A stretch of DNA of 31,387 bases from Gonapodya sp. JEL0774 (taxonomy: Eukaryota). The position numbers and the translations under genes are program-made. Shown piece after piece: positions 26,829 to 31,387 of the stretch (its first letter is position 1; each line of letters opens with the position of its first letter). The stretch spans positions 124,001 through 155,387 of the forward strand of contig JADIIX010000049.1 in the NCBI GenBank assembly GCA_027604505.1, read 5' to 3'. Below the pieces are notes generated by a model. That model was not told the origin of the DNA, made no database searches, and saw only the letters and a list, made by a program, of their open reading frames with translations.

Positions 26829-26959
26829 GATCAGCGCAGCGAAGCCCGTGACACCCCAGTCAGTAGTAGCGTGAGAGATCAGCTGGGAATACTGGGTGCT
26901 GTAGTTTTGTCTTTTTGTTCGTAAGTATGTACATATACATCGTCTTACATCGTTTGTCC
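26829..26959 (+). repeat. Direct repeat copy 2 (~131 bp)
   Basis: Same orientation as 24707-24838, offset about 2122 bp, with scattered substitutions outside the 54-nt identical core. Confidence 0.95.
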
Positions 26960-27229
26960 TACGTGTACATAAATTCGAATCTGATATCGGTTTTTGAACC
27001 GCTGGTTGAGCCCATGTCACAACCCACGATTCTCCCAAACGCAGCAGCCGATAGATAAGTATTATGCGCAACATCAACATGATAAGAGCGAACATAGGAA
27101 ACATGTCCTTTTGTTGGGAGCACGGCACCGATTATAGGTTCAATCAAGGAAGGGCGTCCCAGACATAATTTCTCAACCATATTCATAACGTACAACACCA
27201 TCCTCAAAAGTTTATCTTGAGAATGATTC

Positions 27230-27250
27230 GCAGACTGACAGTCAGTCTGC
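27230..27250. repeat. Perfect inverted repeat GCAGACTGAC-A-GTCAGTCTGC
   Basis: 10-bp arms are exact reverse complements with a 1-nt spacer. Confidence 0.9.
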
Positions 27251-28230
27251 AAAATTGGAGGACCTTGGACGACATGATGTTCTGCAGAAATCGGAATCGC
27301 GATCCAAAGCTTAAAAACGGGCTAGCACAGTTCGGCACGTGACAACTGTAAAAGTTCCTCGGAATGAACCATAGAGGTGTACCACACCATGGATCGAGCG
27401 GAAAGAACAAACCCCAATGAAACATTTCATGGATGCACAAAGTCTACATATCATCCACCTCACAGAATGCAAAAAGAACAAAAAACAACACATCACCTCC
27501 ACCTCCGACACGAACCCCCCCCTCTCCGCTTCTCCAACCCATGCTTCCCCATTCTTCGCCACCTCTTTGTCCCCATTCTCAGCAGCCCCTCGGACCCTCT
27601 CCCCTCCCCTCCCACCCGCGCCTGCTCCCTTGTCCGCCATTGTTCTCCGTACCCTGCCACGCCACGGTCACGTCCGCGCGCATCGTTATGGAACGTACGG
27701 TTGCGCTGGTGGGCGGGTAGCCGGTAAAAAGGGGAACAAGGGAGATGGCGAGGGGGGTGGGTGGGGAGGGTCGGGTTGATGTGTGGGGTTTTCCGGGGGG
27801 GCGTCATAGGGGGGAGGTGGCGGATGGGGGAGGACGGGGAAAGTGCGCGTTTGCCTTGGGTGTGCGTGCAACGTGTGCCACGGTGGTGGTGGGTGAAGCT
27901 GTGCAAGGGATATGGTGTGTCCACAGGATGTACAGTTTCGGGAACTTCGAGTTTACCGGCGGAGGATAAAGTACAGGAGGAGCACGACAAGGAGGACTGC
28001 GAGGGCGTTGGCAGCGAGGATGGGCTTGGGGCGATGCAGGGTGTGGGGGTTGGGGATTGAGTCGGGGCGTGATCATATGTTCAGCAGGCAACAAAGATCA
28101 AGGTAGGCGCAGGTCAGGTGTCATCAATCCTACAACACCCATACTCCAACCCAAGACCCAACCCTCTACACCCGTTGGCATAACGCGTACAGTCGCCGCT
28201 CATTCTACGTACCCCTATATACTGCATGTA

Positions 28231-28721
28231 TCATTTGAATTCGCGCCACCAGTATGGCCCTGAGTCGACGCAGGGGAGGTGGCAGAAGCGGGTGTCATCT
28301 GAGGGGGGGAGTGGGGAGGTGGGAGGTGGTAGATGAGAAGAGGGGCAGAATGGGTGGTGAGGAGTGAGCAAGGCGGAGTGGTGAAGGCTCGCAGCAGCAC
28401 GGGACAGTGGGCAGCGTGGCACCGCACCCCAATTGCCAGCTCGGGCAGGTCAACGCACCCTCGATCGCCTCCGATCCGAAAATGGTGTTCCTCTTCGACG
28501 AAATGGAGTTTTTGGTCGTGGAAGGACGGCCGTTGAGGACTTCTTCGGGACTGAGTGGGCGGTCGAACACGATGAGGGTAGAAGTTTCGTCTGAGGTGGA
28601 GGTGTGGGAGCTTGGTCGGGCGGGAGAAGAGGGCAGTGGGTGAGAATGGAGGGATGGTGGAGTGGGGGACGGGTACGGGTGAGGGTGGGATTGGTGGGCA
28701 GATGTGGGGGCATGGGACATC
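28231..28721 (-). CDS. Possible hypothetical Pro/Ser/His-rich protein (2 exons; uncertain)
   Basis: 'MSHAPTSAHQ...DETSTLIVFDRPLSPEEVLNG...FGSEAIE' can join in phase via a GT-AG intron (about 28458-28299) to 'DDTRFCHLPCVDSGPYWWREFK*'. No recognisable domain. Confidence 0.3.
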
Positions 28722-30173
28722 TGGGGGGCGGGAAGCGGGAATCGGCAAGCGGGCCCAGTCGGTTCCCACACGAGATGAATGCGAGAGTGGAGGGCAAAGT
28801 AGATTTGCCGTTGAGATTTACCCGTTGTCGCTCTCGTTGGCGACACTTTGGACGCCGTCGCCCCGGTACATGGGAAGCAAGAACGAACATCAATCAAGGG
28901 AATGGAAAGTCGTACAAAAAAGCAAAGTGACAAGTTACCTTGTAGCACATGAATGGAGTCTCTTGGTCTCTCAGTCTGGATGTACGGGTTTCGCCGATTC
29001 GAAGTCCGCTCTATCGTGCTGGTGCTGTGCTGCACATCCCAATGTCTCCCCCGCTGGATAAATCTGTAAAGCCGATTCGAGCTCGCGATAGAAAGAAAAG
29101 AAGATGGGCAAGTTAATACATCTTTAATGTTTCATGTTAATAAATGTTCAACGAAGTATTCGAGCGTCTCGGCTACGTGAGCCCCTGAACTACGGGGTCG
29201 CCATTGCGTGCCCCGTCCGCACACCTCCCCACCTGGCCCTTCCCTCCCCTCTCGCCGGTCTGCGACTCACTACTCCTGGTACTCTGCCCCCGCGCCACGG
29301 CCTCCGCACCTGCACCTGCACACGTGACCCACTGCCCGCCACCCTCGTGTCGCGACGCGGGTCCATCCTCATCCTGGCGGTCTCTTCTGGCATCAAGTCA
29401 CACACGTGAACTCCGTGGGTGGTCCCTACCCATCTAAACCCTCAACCCTCAACCCCGCTACACTGCTCGCCTGCACTTCTCGCCCATCCCCTTCTCCTTA
29501 TCTGATTCAAAACAATCAAAGGACTGCCCTATTGTATTCCGCGTCCAGGTCCACACCAACACCCACTCCTCGAACTCGCCATACACAAGAGCTGGAGGGT
29601 CCGCAACGAGCTGGCGCTTGTGGAGACGGGACCGTACCGATCTCCGAGGATTAATCTACAAAATAGGTAGGAAGATACATCACACCGCTCCTCCTCCCCT
29701 GCCCCACCCCGCGCTTCGTGCGAACCAAGGACGGTGTGACTCCGAATACCTCCTTTCCTCCACCCAGGCGACCCAACCCCTCCCGGCGCACGGCACACGC
29801 ACCGCCCACCGCAGGCACCCCGCAGATTCTCGCCGTTTCTCGACAAGGCTCTCGATGAACTGCGATCCGGGCAGAAACTCGTGGACGGCGTCACGGTGGA
29901 TGTCGAGGATGGCTCGGGGGAAGGGGTGGAAGGTGGGTACAAGTTGGTGGTCGTGACTTCGAGATGCGAGGGATAGGGGGGGGGGAGGAGGGTGGAGCGG
30001 CATATAGCGAAGTGATTTTCTGTAGTGTTGGTTTTTTGTTATTCCTCGCAATATAATGATGGGAGTTTGCATTGTCTTGGAAAAGTTTTACCTTCATTCT
30101 GTCGTGTGGGCTTCTCGTAGTTGAGTCCGTGGGAAAAAACGTCAACACCCACTTCGAAAAATATATTCACCAC

Positions 30174-31387
30174 ATGTCCTCCCGTCCACGCCGCAAGGCA
30201 GCCCGCATGACACGTGATTCTATTCGTAGCGAATACGCAGCAGAGGATTCTGAAGGACGGTCCGGTCACGACGGTGAGCCCCGCCAGGTGTCTCCTCCCT
30301 TCCCGGACGAGAAGGCGAGCGATCCGCACGGTGGCCATCATGAAGTCGCGTGTGAGACTGGAGAGAGGGGGGAGAAGAGAGGTGAGGGGCGTGGCAATCG
30401 GAGAGGACCTGGACGGGGGCCTAATGAACAGAGAAACATTGATTTCCGCAGCGATTCGGATCTCCCCGGCCACGAACATCGACTCTATGCCAGTAGAAGT
30501 ACTCGCTATTGTTGTAGAGTGAGTATTTATCCCTCCCCCCGTGTGGTGCGCGGTCGAGTATTTGTCATGAGAGTATTGTTTCACAACTCTGCTCATTGTG
30601 TACAACTCCTGCTCGGCCCGCAGCTACCTCTCCAAAAGGCCCGTCATCGTAGCCCGCCTCGCACAACTCAATCGCGTGATGCACGATCTTATCGGAGGCT
30701 TGCCTTTGTGGAGGGTGATCGGACAGGTTCGACATCGGATCGCGAGAGTGACATGCGCCACGCTTTTGTTTCATCTCATTCGGGAGCACCTTCTCACGCC
30801 CTTTAGAGAATGAACTTACAGCCACCTAACCCCCGCGCGACAAAGTATCGGACCTGGTTCTCCGTTGTTGGTCGAGAAGGGTTCGTTTTGGGTGTTTTTA
30901 AGAATCTCTTTCGGACCCCCGTGGCATCCCCCAACCTGTCCATCGAAATCATATTCGTCATATCTACATTGTAGAGCCCGCCTCTGCCACGTGTGCTTTT
31001 ATCGGTGCCAGGCTCAGGATCTCCTCTCGTTTCCTCGTGACAGTGTACCCGTCAAGATATGCGGGTGGTGCAGAGAGTTGATATACCAAGATGAAAAAGA
31101 GTGGCGGAAGAGATATGTCGACACGGCTACGCACGATTTTCAAGAGATGGAGGAGTTGAGGTAGGCGGCGAACTTTGCTCCGTTTGGCAGGCGCAACATT
31201 GTGGAGGCTCATCGGTTTCTATTAGGAACCACGGATTGAACAGGAAGGAGGCTAAAGAAGCATATTATCTCACGGAAAGAGATCTCAACATTCTCAGCGT
31301 GAGTCTGAGAAAAACAGGTGGCGAAGCCCTCGAAGTGCGATCAACGATCCTGGGAACTTCTCCCATTCCTACGCCAGGAGGAAATGG
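30174..31387 (+). CDS. F-box protein with CxxC...CxxC zinc finger and XPA C-terminal-like motif; 3' end runs off the window
   Basis: Spliced: 'MSSRPRRKAAR...' / 'NIDSMPVEVLAIVVD/YLSKRPVIVARLAQLNRVMHDLIGGLPLWRVIGQ' (F-box) / 'RMNLQPPNPRATKYRTWFSVV' / 'LCHVCFYRC...KICGWCRE' / 'NHGLNRKEAKEAYYLTERDLNILS'. Introns are GT-AG and keep frame (e.g. 30382-30451 with CTAAT branch point). Confidence 0.75.

Noticed and set aside
24707..26959. Intact LTR retrotransposon or CRISPR array
   Set aside because: Only two repeat copies, no gag/pol, no TG...CA termini, PBS or clear TSD, and no repeat-spacer periodicity.

Overview
Compact, intron-rich eukaryotic DNA, almost certainly fungal. The short GT-AG introns, tight gene spacing and divergent housekeeping proteins suggest an early-diverging (chytrid-like) lineage, which is an inference. 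Splicing the ORF fragments by hand gives, in order: BCS1 (-), an Osh6/7-type oxysterol-binding protein (-), CYC8/SSN6 (-), mitochondrial GrpE/MGE1 (-), mitochondrial PheRS MSF1 (+), an HMG-box protein (+), SKI3/TTC37 (-), a DHHC palmitoyltransferase (+), a 6-exon bacterial-type metallo-beta-lactamase-fold hydrolase (-), a divergent Bmt6-like SAM methyltransferase (+) bracketed by a ~132-bp direct repeat, a G/C-skewed low-complexity region with possible orphan exons, and an F-box/Zn-finger/XPA-C-like gene (+) cut by the window end. The left 23 kb is ordinary housekeeping DNA. The right-hand ~8.5 kb looks accessory and holds the most interesting items: a probable intron-acquired bacterial HGT gene, the repeat-flanked methyltransferase, and the F-box/XPA-like fusion. 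I saw no rRNA, tRNA, CRISPR or transposase. Exon boundaries were derived by eye and are not RNA-verified.
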